A DNA stretch of 63,865 bases, filler included, from Octopus bimaculoides (taxonomy: Eukaryota), in NCBI RefSeq assembly GCF_001194135.2. It is 5 parts of 5 records of this genome, joined end to end, with 100 filler letters (N's around TTAATTAATTAA, not from the genome) between each part and the next. Parts side by side here need not be neighbours in the genome. Positions count along the whole stretch, not along the records: positions 31,379 to 58,234 come from NC_068987.1; 4 more parts are not named here. One strand, 5' to 3'. Below the pieces are notes generated by a model. It searched no databases. It was not told the origin of the DNA and saw nothing but the letters and a program-made list of their open reading frames with translations. Below are positions 34,578 to 48,289 of the stretch, one piece after another; position 1 is the first letter of the stretch; each line of letters opens with the position of its first letter. Position numbers and translations under genes: made by a program.

Positions 34578-35533
34578 ATCTAGACTGTCATGGATTTTTT
34601 TGCTGCACGTTTCTTCTACAGTATCGAAACTTTAGTATAGATACATAGGAATCTGAGCAGAAAAACTCAAAACCACCAAATATACACAAATTTATATACA
34701 ATTTATATACAGTTGGACACTCGTCTAACACCTAAATCGACTGATAAACTCACACACAGACACATGTAGATACAGATGCACGGCTATACAGATTTTTCAT
34801 TGGAAAATCGAAATAAAACTAAGTGCACACACGTATACGACGACATATGGACATGATCACAACTATAATCATGCAAATGAATTCGCAAACACATACAGAT
34901 TAATAATAAATTCTCGGACAGTTTGAAGTATAGTAGACGCATATGACATTGATATGGTCAATATCTCATCAGCACATTAAGTGAAAGTTGCGCTGAGACA
35001 TTAGATTTGAATGTAAGGTCAGGTCGCAGATTGTCATTCAACTCATCAACGCCATTTCCAGTTTCTTTGTCAATTTCTTTACCACTTCTAAAATTAGGTT
35101 GTCAGTATTCAAATAAGCACCTGCTCCTCTTTAAAAGCATTCACACAGCATTCAGGTTTTCAGGTCACATCAAACCGATTCTCTAAATATTTGCACAACC
35201 ACTGGCTATTAATCACTATATGATTACTGAGAATGAAATGATTGGTTCCTAATTGGATGCCAATCTTCTGGTTAGTGAAAATGGAAGAAATTGCTGAAGC
35301 CGTAGAAGCGCCGGAATAAGTGTTTTGTTGTAGCTGATTTTATATAGTATTACGCAAAGTTTAGATTTCACCCTGGGTCATCTTTACTCTCCATTTCTTT
35401 GTGATATAAGATAAACACTAATAATATAAATTAATCAGTTAATTATAGCTTTAACACTTCTACATCTCAAACTTTGCTTCATGTATGATAAAGAACACTA
35501 TTATATTTAAGGGTTTTTTGCTTTATTTTTCAG

Positions 35534-35625
35534 CCCGGTATGAAATACTTTCCAGAGTAACGTTACGACATTCATTTAGACATTTATTGCTTAATTTTAA
35601 GCTTAGCTACATGATTAGTGACCAA
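35534..35625 (+). CDS. Candidate internal coding exon of an unidentified host gene
   Basis: Acceptor TTTTTTGCTTTATTTTTCAG, donor CAA|GTAAGT; one open frame RYEILSRVTLRHSFRHLLLNFKLSYMISDQ (phase 1 to 0). No homology recognised. Confidence 0.35.
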
Positions 35626-38129
35626 GTAAGTAAGGGGTGCATATTGTTTTAAATAAATAGCATATAAGACCCTTTGTCAGATTTATCCGGTAATTTAAAT
35701 TATCATGCTCAAAATTTAAATAAATGATGTAGCCAAGTGGATGGGGGGAGACTCTTAATGTTTCTATTAGGGTCATTAATTATTATCTTCCACTATTACA
35801 GCTCAAACGGAATTACTCTATTTTTAACAGATTATATTAATTGTCTTGTCATCGAGAAGTTACTTGGTTTCTATCGTTTAACTATATGTACTAATAAAGC
35901 TCTACACCTATTTTCTCCCTAACGGAAAATGTTTTCATGTCGAAAATTTTAGAACTAGCTTAAAGAAACGAAACCCTGCTTCTGGCATGCTTGCATATAA
36001 TTGTTTACCATTCGATTTATCCTCTAAGATGTTCTTCCTGTATGAAGGAAGATTTATTTTAGCTGATAGATTTGTCTTAATCCTTGTTATTAAATAAGTA
36101 TTGAATTACATTATATTTGCGTTCAGCTTTCCCTTAACAGTATTTTAAAAGCAACAAACTCCAAAGCTATCAGATCTGAAGACATAAATCAATAATTCTA
36201 TCTATCAAATACACTAAAAGTTCTTTTAGCTAAAGATTTAATGGAATTAATTATAAATTATGTCTAATATTATTCGCTTCAATTAAAATCTGAAGTTTAA
36301 ATAATAGAAACTTAACAAGTGTCTTTCTTTGTCAAAGAAGGGTCAATTTCTTTAACAATCATACGATATGCTATATTTTATCAACCATGTACACACACAT
36401 ACACACATACAAATATATGTATACATACATAACATACAAACATAATACTTACATATATTAATGCATGCATACATGCATACCAGCTTGCAAGAACGCTGCA
36501 AAGATAACAATATATTCTTTCTCTCCCTCCTTCAGTATGAAAAACAAAATGAGGCATCCAATTGTTACTGAATCAGACGTTCATTAGGTTAGCTCTCTTT
36601 TGCTACACATTGTCCTGAAGATTCTGAATTTCTAGAAACTATAATAACAAGTAACATACGCTAGAAATGTATTAGACACAAGAAGAGTATCCTACACTGC
36701 GGCGTCGCTACACTTTAAAGTGAACCAAAAGGAAATTTTCATTTACATATTTTAATGCCAAAACTAGAGTAAAACGATCCAGTACATAGATTCACTAGTT
36801 TGAATAAAATGGAGCAGTATTTACAAATGCAAAAAAAAAAAAAAAAGCAAGCAAACATCAAAAATAGACTTCTGCTGAATACTAGGGTTGGCAGTTAGGG
36901 AACATTTGAGGGATCATGTCCCGGACTATGAAGTATTTTACAATTCGACTGCGTCAGAATCCACTCCTGACTGTTTTAAATTTATCCTGATGCAGTACGA
37001 GTAGAAAAGCTCTTAGGAGCCGTCTGATTAGTCTTATTAAATCTAAGAGGTTGCTTCTAATCTATATGTGTTAAGGTGTGTTATATTGGATTTCTTATTT
37101 ACTTAAGTATATAAGTTTCATATTTCCGTCTAATATTGTGCAATCATTTGGTGAAATTTCAAAAATCTTTAGCTAACCTTAATATATGGTATAATGGCTT
37201 GTTTACTTGTCCACTCCTTTCATTTTCTTATTCTAGCTCCACGCACATCATTATTATTATTTATTTATTATTTTCTTTTTGTAACCATCCCCTTTTTCCG
37301 ATGTGTGGATGCATAAGTCCAGGCTGATAAATATTAAAGAAAATTAATTTCATTATTAGTATTTCTTTTCATTGCCAAAGGCGACGAGAATTAGAAGTAA
37401 ACATTATTAATTTATATTGGTTTAACTGATTTCCAATCTGGTATTCAGTGCCTTGCTTTTCTTAGTTTCTGTTCGATGAAATCACGTGATACAGCAGTAC
37501 CATCCATCGGTGCCGAGGAAATGTAGGTAGTCAAGTGATTGCGGTAGTCCACTCGCCTAGGATGTCACAATCTGTGACACTCCTCCAGCAGCAACTTTGT
37601 GTTGTCAGCGACCAACCCAAGCTCCGCTGCTCATCAGGCTGAGAAGAAAAACTGTCCTGCTTTCGGTTGCACTGTGACAGGTTTATGGTTGATCCTGTGA
37701 CAGCTGAGACCTCCGAGGTCCTTGGTTCTGGACCATATACCTGCTCACCACTATCGGGGCAGAGACTGCTGTCCACAAGTGCAAGCCCCGCGAGTTAGAC
37801 TGCCTGTTTCAGCGCATTTCCTTCACTACTATCCGGGGCAATGCCTTTTCCAATTAGTCTGCTGGTGCCTACTGTGATAGGCAAGATTTTCAGTATTTGA
37901 GTAATACAAAATCATGAGTGGATAATGACTTAGAGTTTCTACACTTTTAGCATTTGTCGTCTACACGAAATAATTGTTACGATATGTTCAATGCAGTGTA
38001 CGTTATTATAAATAACCAATTCAGGTTACATCAGGGTTGCAAGTTAATATTCGCCACAAATGTTACTTCTGTTGCTAATAACTAATTTATAGACAGCCAG
38101 CCAGATTTACGAGACATCACTAGCTGTTT

Positions 38130-38570
38130 GGCAAGTATTAATCTGCATAGCTTAGGCTTGACTTTCAGTTTAACATTCCGTGCTTTCCTTCTTAGTGATG
38201 AGTCTTCACAGTTGCAATTGGAAATGAGCTCTTGACGTGACTTACGAGTGATTATGTCCTTTATATTGGCGCCGCAACTGTATATATTTTTTTACCGGGT
38301 GCCTTTTAAAAATCTTCGTCAGTTTGTGGTTTACTGGGAAATACTTATTTAATAACGCCAGGAATTCCTTGCCTATGTTAGTTTTAGTATCCAGTGAGAA
38401 AGGGAATGTGGACCATATTATTTTCCTAAGTCTAGTTGCATTTTTAATTGAAGCGTTACATGGTATCTTATATTTGAAGTTGCTGTTGGTTAGAACATTG
38501 TTATAGTAGAGGCTCATTCATCAAACATTTCGTTTGAAAGGGATAGGTTTGATATTCTAATACTGATGTT
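38130..38570 (-). mobile_element. Penelope-like element fragment (RT-to-GIY-YIG linker)
   Basis: RISNLS...YYNNVL...RKIIWSTFPFSLDTKTNIGKEFLALLNKYFPVNHKLTKIF...NCNC matches the RKIIWFNPPFS..VKTNIGK.FL.L..KHFP..HKL.KIF motif I recognise from PLEs. Confidence 0.8.
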
Positions 38571-38725
38571 AGCTAGTAGGTTTTTAGATGCTACAAGGGG
38601 GATGATATGACTGTTTATGTTTATATGTGATTTTCATTCAGTTTCTGAGAGGGTTTGTATCGATTTCTATTTTTCATGCTGCACTTGGATGTTGATGTTG
38701 CAAAATAAGAACAGCAGCAGATATA

Positions 38726-39452
38726 CGAGGTTTGATCAATAAGTATCCGGATATAACGAAGTTTGAACTCTGTTGTGTATACACACTAGGTTTTAACGTT
38801 CTAGCTCACTTCCACTGTTTACAGCAGTGCTTGGAAGGAAGGTGTGTAACGTGTGATCTTCGCATTGACCATGACAGAAAAAGTTGTCATAGTGATACCT
38901 GCTCAGAGGCCTACGTAAATTTGTAGAAAGTGTTTGAACAGAACACAAGTGTACAAGTGGTATAAACGTTTCCAAAATGGCCGAAAACATGTCCATATTG
39001 ACGATTGTTTTGGGAGAGCCGCAGCCAAGAGAACTGAGGAAAGCATCGCGTGCAGCAGTGAGGAGAAATCGTCGAATCACAATTTGTGAGTTATCTGCGG
39101 ATATGCAGATTAGTTACCGTTCAGTTCATTTCATTATCACTGAGCAAGATCTCCTTGATCGTGCCGAGAACGTTGAAAACTTTTTGAAAATCTTGCGTAG
39201 GCCTCTGAGCAGGTATCACCAAGCTTTTGGCAACATTTGATGCAGATTCACTTCTCAACGTTGTCGTGGTGAATGTGACGACCACACGTTACATATCTTC
39301 CTTCCAAGTACTACTGCAAACGGCTACAACGTTGAAAACATAATGCGCAAGCACAGCGGAGACCATGGTGAATCTGTGCCAAGCGGCTTTACTCAGAGTG
39401 GTTTAGCTTCGTTACTATGGCAACCATCCGGATAATTATTCATCAGACCACG
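38726..39452 (+). mobile_element. Fold-back non-autonomous mariner (two left ends), copy 1
   Basis: TA-flanked TIRs CGAGGTTTGATCAATAAGTATCCGGAT / reverse complement CGTGGTCTGATGAATAATTATCCGGAT; right ~265 bp is an inverted copy of the 5' end; HTH remnants between. Confidence 0.9.
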
Positions 39453-39468
39453 TATACAAACAAACGCG

Positions 39469-39505
<37 letters not shown>

Positions 39506-40120
39506 NNNNNNNNNNNNNNNNNNNNNNNNNNNNNNNNNNNNNNNNNNNNNNNNNNNNNNNNNNNNNNNNNNNNNNNNNNNNNNNNNNNNNNNNNNNNNNN
39601 NNNNNNNNNNNNNNNNNNNNNNNNNNNNNNNNNNNNNNNNNNNNNNNNNNNNNNNNNNNNNNNNNNNNNNNNNNNNNNNNNNNNNNNNNNNNNNNNNNNN
39701 NNNNNNNNNNNNNNNNNNNNNNNNNNNNNNNNNNNNNNNNNNNNNNNNNNNNNNNNNNNNNNNNNNNNNNNNNNNNNNNNNNNNNNNNNNNNNNNNNNNN
39801 NNNNNNNNNNNNNNNNNNNNNNNNNNNNNNNNNNNNNNNNNNNNNNNNNNNNNNNNNNNNNNNNNNNNNNNNNNNNNNNNNNNNNNNNNNNNNNNNNNNN
39901 NNNNNNNNNNNNNNNNNNNNNNNNNNNNNNNNNNNNNNNNNNNNNNNNNNNNNNNNNNNNNNNNNNNNNNNNNNNNNNNNNNNNNNNNNNNNNNNNNNNN
40001 NNNNNNNNNNNNNNNNNNNNNNNNNNNNNNNNNNNNNNNNNNNNNNNNNNNNNNNNNNNNNNNNNNNNNNNNNNNNNNNNNNNNNNNNNNNNNNNNNNNN
40101 NNNNNNNNNNNNNNNNNNNN

Positions 40121-40270
40121 TTTTGAGGAATTTTAGTCGAATGAATCGACACCTGTAATTTTTTTAAAGCCAGATCATTTTTTTTTTCACTCAATCGCAA
40201 ATTCATGTGGACATATGCGCACCAACACCCGTTGTGAAGCGGTGCTGGGGGACAGACCCAGAAACAAAGG
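40121..40270 (-). mobile_element. Diverged SINE family B 3' fragment
   Basis: TTTAGTCGAATGAATCGAC and CACCAACACCCGTTGTGAAGCGGTG blocks match family B in reverse. Confidence 0.65.
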
Positions 40271-40291
40271 CACACACACACACATACACAC

Positions 40292-40334
<43 letters not shown>

Positions 40335-41168
40335 CATACATACCAACAGCAGACCTCCGCACACCTAATTAAGCTGAAACGTACCAGAGCTCTAGTATTG
40401 TGTATCGAACTGGGAAGTTGTTTATGAAGCTATATTCTTAACAATACGATCATTCTTACGTGTTTTACCTTTTTATTAAATAAATAACAAGGCCTCTTCT
40501 TTAAGTTCCTCATTTTGTTAGTTCTTATTTATAATTTGAACAATAAGTTTTTAAGATTAATTTTTAACGAGACCAATATACAAAGTATTTAAATATTTTA
40601 AATGCATTACGCTTTAAAATAATTATACATTCTTACGATGGAATTTCATCAATTGGGTAGAAAACGAAAAAATAATTAAGCTATTGTGATAAATGAATTC
40701 TATGGAAAAAATTTTTTCTTTTAGTTAATCACAAGATAATTAATTATTTTTAATTGAATAAGCAAAGATGGAACCGTAGAAATGTTTTTTTCATAAATCA
40801 TGATCATGAACCATTTTATGTTGGTTCATAAATTCATTAAGAGAAAATTCTAAAAGATTATTTTCAAATGATCCATGTCAAATATTTTTATATATATACT
40901 GAAGTTTTTTTTTTAATAATTATTTCTAAAACTATATTTGATTTTAGAAGTAACTTGCTCGCATTAAAACGTACATCATTCTTGTTAGCTCTACATCAGC
41001 CCTTACTGAGAAGACTGATAATCAGAGGCACTCAAGATGCGACTTCATCACCTTAAGCTTTTAATGGTTGTGTATTTTGGATTAAATTATACAGTGTCGA
41101 CACTTTTTTTCTTTAACGATGTTTGTGATTCAAAGTAGATTTATTTGTTCTGCCTATTGGATAGATAT

Positions 41169-41415
41169 GGAGGCACGTGGCTTAGTGGTTAGGATGTCAG
41201 CATTACGATCGCAAGATTATGGTTTCGATTCCTGGACCGGGCGACGCGTTGTGTTCTTGAGCAAAACACTTCATTTCACGTTGCTCCAGTCCACTCAGCT
41301 GCCAAAAATGAGTAAAGCTGCGATGGACTGGCGTCCCGTCCAGCTGGGGAACACATACACCACTGAAACCGAGAAATCGGGCTCATGAGCCTGTCTAGGC
41401 TTTGAAAGGGCGCAT
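41169..41415 (+). mobile_element. tRNA/CORE SINE family C
   Basis: A box TGGCTTAGTGG, B box GTTTCGATTCC, CORE-like TTGTGTTCTTGAGCAAAACACTTCATTTCAC...AAAATGAGT, then CTGCGATGGACTGGCGTCCCGTCCAG and GAAACCG..CCATGAGCC tail. Confidence 0.85.
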
Positions 41416-41419
41416 TTTT

Positions 41420-41590
41420 GGAGGCGCAATGACCCAGTGGTTAGGGCAGCAGATTCGCGGTCGGAGTATCACAGTTTCGANNNNNNNNNNAACGCTGCGA
41501 TGGACTGGCGTCCCGTCCAGCTGGGAGTAACACATACGCCATAGAAACCGGGAAACCGGGCCCATGAGCCTGGCTAGGCTTTGAAAGGGC
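41420..41590 (+). mobile_element. SINE family C, head-to-tail second copy (small gap inside)
   Basis: GGAGGCGCAATGACCCAGTGGTTAGG head; same 3' block as the preceding copy. Confidence 0.8.
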
Positions 41591-41650
41591 AACATTATCG
41601 TTATTGGACCTAGTAAAAGGCTTCTTATGATTTATGGTTTCGTTTTACAG

Positions 41651-41689
41651 TGCATAGAAGCTGGCTTGGAATCAATCTGGGAGCTTCAG
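41651..41689 (+). CDS. Candidate 39-bp coding micro-exon
   Basis: Acceptor GGTTTCGTTTTACAG, donor CAG|GTAGAA; CIEAGLESIWELQ, phase 0 to 0, compatible with the 35534 exon. Confidence 0.3.
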
Positions 41690-44329
41690 GTAGAAAAGAA
41701 GTACAAAATTTTTAAGGCAGTGTATAATAGCTGTCGTCAATTTTATAGTTTTCTTAATAAAATCGAAATTATAACAGAAATAATTATCACTGAATATTGA
41801 AATAGCATCATGGTATCGGATTGTGGAATAGAATCGTATCTAGGTTTATATTATTTTCAATTTCATTTATAAGTGTTTACCGTAAGATAAATCCAGCCAT
41901 ATATCTTATACTGAACACACAAAGACATAATTGTGAAGAGGATATTAATTTACTCTCGCTGCTCTCAAGACAGTTTCTAATGACCTTTGTTGCCTCATTT
42001 GTGAAGATAATTTAATCAATTTGACAAATAGCAAACATTCCCACTCACAGGTATTTACTCACTTCATTATTTGATTAACTTTTATTGGTAAGATATTTTG
42101 GTCACCCTCCTTGTGATCTGTACTTTGATCTTTATTTATATTCAGACATTATGAAGTTATCCAACAGTTACTTTCCTTGGACAACAAATAAGACTAAATT
42201 TTAAATTCTTGCATAGCTAGAAAAACATTCCGTTGTGATTCCTTGATAATTGTGGGCAAGTGATATGAAATAATGTGTCTAAATAGAGAACCTTGTAGGC
42301 AATACCGTTGTAATCAATTTACCAGTTTTTATAAAACATACCATTCTTAATTATTTTAGGTTTTTCCCATAACATAATGATCACGAATTTGTATAGTCAA
42401 CAGACAGTCACATAGAATGCATATTTTCTCTATTCTGGTTTTCTGCACTATGACAGCAAAACCCAGCAAGACCAATTTTGCCTTTCATCGCTTCGATGGT
42501 AGGTTAATTAACAGTTAAATCAAGTAACGAAGTCGATTTTTCTCACTCTTTCCTCCTCTTCCTCTCAATCATTCTCTCTTTTACCCTCTCTCCCTCTCAG
42601 TCCTTCTCTCTCTTCCGCGGAACCGAATACTTGTATCCTAAAAATATTCGTGCATGAGTTCTCACAAACGTTAGAAGTCATTAAATTTGATAACCTACTC
42701 CATTGGTGTATGCGTATGTAGTGGCAGAGTGACTGGATATTTGTTGTCTATACTTTTCTGATAACAAATATGAAGTAGTCCGAAAGGCTTATCACGAATT
42801 CCTATTTGAAAAGGTGGAGATTGCGCAAACACCTTCGAGGTTTAAGATATTAGCTTTTCAATAATGACATTCACATGCATTCATATATATGCCTGATGTA
42901 GCCTGTAGATATTTAGAACTAAACTTCCCGACAGCGTTAAAATAGATATATTGAAGCTCAAAGGAATATATTGGTAATGAAGAAAAGAATGAATGATCAA
43001 CACTCTACTGGCGATAACTTTCTTTAAATAGTAGAGTGCTGTTATGACAACTGCAAAAGTTTGGTGGGAATATATTGACAATAACTCAATCGTTGTTTAA
43101 ATAAGAGTTGCCACACAAACATCTCCTTACAACTGAAGGCAAAAGAAATTTTGTGTGGCCAAAGACGATACTAAGGTGAAGAATCAAGTGTAAAATTGGT
43201 TCTATATGTTATAAAAGTGGCAACCAGTGTTGTTTATTCAAAATTTATGTATATGAATATCTATATTTGGAGCTCTTAATTTTATATGATACCTGAATGA
43301 TTGTAATGGAATATATTTGTCTAATCATATNNNNNNNNNNNNNNNNNNNNNNNNNNNNNNNNNNNNNNNNNNNNNNNNNNNNNNNNNNNNNNNNNNNNNN
43401 NNNNNNNNNNNNNNNNNNNNNNNNNNNNNNNNNNNNNNNNNNNNNNNNNNNNNNNNNNNNNNNNNNNNNNNNNNNNNNNNNNNNNNNNNNNNNNNNNNNN
43501 NNNNNNNNNNNNNNNNNNNNNNNNNNNNNNNNNNNNNNNNNNNNNNNNNNNNNNNNNNNNNNNNNNNNNNNNNNNNNNNNNNNNNNNNNNNNNNNNNNNN
43601 NNNNNNNNNNNNNNNNNNNNNNNNNNNNNNNNNNNNNNNNNNNNNNNNNNNNNNNNNNNNNNNNNNNNNNNNNNNNNNNNNNNNNNNNNNNNNNNNNNNN
43701 NNNNNNNNNNNNNNNNNNNNNNNNNNNNNNNNNNNNNNNNNNNNNNNNNNNNNNNNNNNNNNNNNNNNNNNNNNNNNNNNNNNNNNNNNNNNNNNNNNNN
43801 NNNNNNNNNNNNNNNNNNNNNNNNNATAATCATTAGAGATATAGGGTAAAAATTAATAATTAATTAATTAATTAATTAATACTGTACTGACGATGGAAGT
43901 AAACCGAGTGGATTCGTTATTTTTCTTTTTGCCTGTGTGAGTTGCGAGTGCTGCTGACTGGGAGATATATTATGGTAGTGGAATAGTATTTAAATGCTAT
44001 TTCTAAACTTCGGTACGTGATGAAGCAAATTTTACTGAACCCTATGTGTGTGAGAGTGTGAATGTGTGTGTGTGTCTGTGTGCGTGTGTGTATGTGTGTG
44101 TAAGTTTGCTGACATGGAGGACTGGAAGCCATCTACATATTGGAAATATTTACATGATGATTTGCGACGAGCAACAAAATATCGAGATGACTACTGCTCA
44201 ATGCTCTAAGTACATACACTGTAAATGCTGGAAGACGTAATATGAGCAGCTTTGATGGAAACTACGAAGCTATGGCCAGCAATAAGGGACGATAAAGTTG
44301 TTCTGACGGCATTTGAATGTCAGGATATA

Positions 44330-44685
44330 TCATCGACATATATTTGAACAATTCTGAAGGCTGTGTGAAGCTGCTCCAAGCTGTGGAAGACCCTCACTGG
44401 AGAGGGTTTTTATTGGAAGGTCATATGTGTAGCAACAGGATTCTCTTACTTGCTCTAACTACGCAGTATCAAAAATTGCTGACCGGGAAATTCTACCACT
44501 TCACTAGCGTTCATTTCTTGCCTTCTAATTCTCCTGATTTTAATCCTTTGGATTTTGGGGTATGAGACATGATAAAAAAAGACACCAGCCGCTATGCAAG
44601 CAAATCCAAGCCCAGTCTAGTGGCCAAAATCAAGGAAATGTTCCCAGGGACACATTGATGAATGCATGCATCAGGTTTCGGAGCT
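44330..44685 (+). mobile_element. Degenerate Tc1/mariner (maT/DD37D-like) transposase 3' fragment
   Basis: HFLPSNSPDFNPLDFGV*DMIKKDT...SLVAKIKEMF-PRDTLMNACIRFRS resembles WPPNSPDLNPLDYxVW...ACxRFRxR, with D as the third catalytic residue. Confidence 0.65.
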
Positions 44686-44724
44686 GTCAGAGCCATTCCA
44701 GCAATGGCTCTGACGAAAGTATTT
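44686..44724 (+). ncRNA. 3' half of a hammerhead-like fold
   Basis: Perfect 12-bp hairpin GTCAGAGCCATT/AATGGCTCTGAC followed by GAA-AGTATT-T (one change from palindrome AGTACT); CUGANGA absent. Confidence 0.35.
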
Positions 44725-45089
44725 TTAATTTTCTTAAGTCTTTCAATTTATCTCAGCTGAACCATAGACCAATTGAGTAAACCTGTCTTTAATGGCTACT
44801 GGAAGAAAGAGCAGTAAGCCAAAGTTGCTATAATAAAGAAATTATATGCTGTGAGCATTATTTAAACTTGACTATTATAGATTATTCTGTAAAAACCAGT
44901 TTATCTGAAGTCCATCCACAGATTTATAACATAGAATTGTGATGAATCATAACCTTGGACCCCACCAAAAGATTACTCGGAGTTCTTTACTGATCTAAGT
45001 AATATTGTTCGCCTGGTGTGCCAACAGAGAGCTTTTAAAGAATTTTACCCGGATTGATAATCCCTCACTATTTGTTCTATCATATACAC

Positions 45090-45196
<107 letters not shown>

Positions 45197-45946
45197 TGTG
45201 TGTGTGTGTGGTGGGGTGTATGTGTATATGTATATATGCCTTTGAGTGACTATATGTCCGTGTATGTAACGGGTACGCGCGGGATGTATAGGAGTGCTCT
45301 ATCGTTACAACCATGTCCACATGTTTCTCATTGCTTATATAAATATGTACGATCATGAAAATTATATTTTACGAGTGTTAGTGTCCATTCGGTTTTACAG
45401 TTTTAAAATTATAAACTACATGTGCAAACTGCAAACTACAACATGTTTTCCATGTTCTAGTGCATTAATTTTGGGCTCAGACACAATGGTTTTTGAATTG
45501 GGTGTATCATGTAAAAATCACGCGTTGAAATAACGAAGTTTAAAGCAAGATAAGGTCAAGTTTTAATATTTCAATGCATATTTCAATCTTGGGTCATATG
45601 AAAGAAAATGTTCTTAACAACGATCGCACTGAATATCGTGGTAAGAAATGAACAGCTGGGTACTCAGCTATTTTCCTAATTACCTCCCTACTTTGCTATT
45701 TTTTCACCACCATACATTTATAAACAACAAATGTATCAGCACTCATCCAAATATTCTTTGATTATTCATTGCCGGATATACCAATGAATCATATGCTCAT
45801 AAGACCACACATACCTACTTGTATACATACACACATATATGCATACATCTACACGCATATTTATATATATATATATATATTTACACATATAAATATGCAT
45901 ATATATGTGTGTGCATAATGCATACATATTTTAATGTGTGCATGTT

Positions 45947-46021
<75 letters not shown>

Positions 46022-46601
46022 GCATGTATTTATATGTGCACACATACACAGATGCATATTTTTATGTATGTATGTATGTATGTATGTATGTATATACTAA
46101 AATAAAATCAAGAAGTAATTGAATATATTCATCCTTATATGGAATATTCTTTAATACGACTTTCTATAGAACGTCAAAAAAAAAACCGATATCACTGACA
46201 CATAGAAACGAACCTATTCTCTTTTCAAATAGCATAAATAGCATAAATCCTCAAATGAATTCTGCTTATATTCTCTGTCACAACGCATGTGAAAAAACCC
46301 ACACAGACACACACAGACATATACACTGACATAAACATACATACAATGAGAGGGAGGGAACGAGAGAGAAAAGGAATCATACTCACTTTTCCAACTACAT
46401 GCTCTTTCTTTGCCTATGCATTCCACTATAAATTTGGAAGGATCTTTTACACTCAATCTATTCTAGCTTCAAATCTAGAAGAATCCAAAAGAGAAAGATG
46501 GATGACATAGGTTGCATAAGATATTTCATGAAAATTTGATAAATAAGTTAAAACAGATAATTTTTTTTTTTAATTGGGAGAAAAGAAACACTGACAAGTG
46601 C

Positions 46602-46653
46602 ATTCTTCTTCTTCTTCTTCTTGTTCTTCTTCTTCTTCTTCTTATTCTTATTC

Positions 46654-46684
<31 letters not shown>

Positions 46685-46694
46685 CATTATTATT

Positions 46695-46753
<59 letters not shown>

Positions 46754-46762
46754 TATTATTAT
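46602..46762. repeat. Compound (CTT)n/(ATT)n/(CAT)n microsatellite
   Basis: Visible. Confidence 0.95.
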
Positions 46763-46897
46763 TAAGCATTTGAGTGCATTTTTAAAGTTTCTTTTACTTA
46801 TTTTTTCTTTCAAATCAATGACATAGATTGGTCGTTCAGGAAATAAAGGGAATGAAAGAACTCTATTACATAATATTTGTGTGTATATGTGCATGTA

Positions 46898-46938
<41 letters not shown>

Positions 46939-48245
46939 TATGTATATAACATATACCTATATCATATGCACAGGAACATCTATATCATATATATGCACAT
47001 ATGCATTATGCGTTTGTATTTGTGCATGTAGATATGTATGCATATAATTCAAACAGACTTTGCTTGAAGGAAAGTATACTGCAGTTTTAAAGAAGGAGAC
47101 CAGAATATAAAATAGGGCGAAAGTTAGCGGGGTAAAAATAATGCAAGATGAGAAAGCATGATAGCAAATGGAAAAAGAGAAAGAGAGCGAGAGATCATTT
47201 TAAGAGTGAAATATTCTGGGATATATACCGTAATGCAGGGGTCAATTCATCATTTTTGCAGGAATGAAAAGAAAAAAAAAATGCTAAGAAATTGATGGGA
47301 TGGAGACAAAACTAATTTTAGTGCAGGTCGTAAGATATTAGTATGTAATCCAACTCTTGTTTTTTTCCATTCTTTTTATCCTTGTTTATATCCTTTTAAG
47401 GTTACAATCACTGTTTTTCTTTATCTCATAGTTAGCTTCACTCTACCCCCCCTCTCTCTGTCTCTTCCTCTCTCTCACTCTTTCTCTCGCCCCTCTATTT
47501 CGCAAAGATAACCTGTTGCACGAAACTAACGATTATAAATAACGTAACGTTTCGAAGAATATCTTATAGGAAGTATGCTGACCAGGTTCTAAGGAAATGA
47601 TATTGATGTATTCTAATCGGCATTTAAAACTGAGGTCTTAAAATTCTACAATATTTGGATATCTTGATCGCAATTTTCTCTGTCAGACAAATTTTGGTAT
47701 ACACTATGGAGATTGTATATATGTCGTTATTTGTANNNNNNNNNNNNNNNNNNNNNNNNNNNNNNNNNNNNNNNNNNNNNNNNNNNNNNNNNNNNNNNNN
47801 NNNNNNNNNNNNNNNNNNNNNNNNNNNNNNNNNNNNNNNNNNNNNNNNNNNNNNNNNNNNNNNNNNNNNNNNNNNNNNNNNNNNNNNNNNNNNNNNNNNN
47901 NNNNNNNNNNNNNNNNNNNNNNNNNNNNNNNNNNNNNNNNNNNNNNNNNNNNNNNNNNNNNNNNNNNNNNNNNNNNNNNNNNNNNNNNNNNNNNNNNNNN
48001 NNNNNNNNNNNNNNNNNNNNNNNNNNNNNNNNNNNNNNNNNNNNNNNNNNNNNNNNNNNNNNNNNNNNNNNNNNNNNNNNNNNNNNNNNNNNNNNNNNNN
48101 NNNNNNNNNNNNNNNNNNNNNNNNNNNNNNNNNNNNNNNNNNNNNNNNNNNNNNNNNNNNNNNNNNNNNNNNNNNNNNNNNNNNNNNNNNNNNNNNNNNN
48201 NNNNNNNNNNNNNNNNNNNNNNNNNNNNNNNNNNNNNNNNNNNNN

Positions 48246-48289
<44 letters not shown>

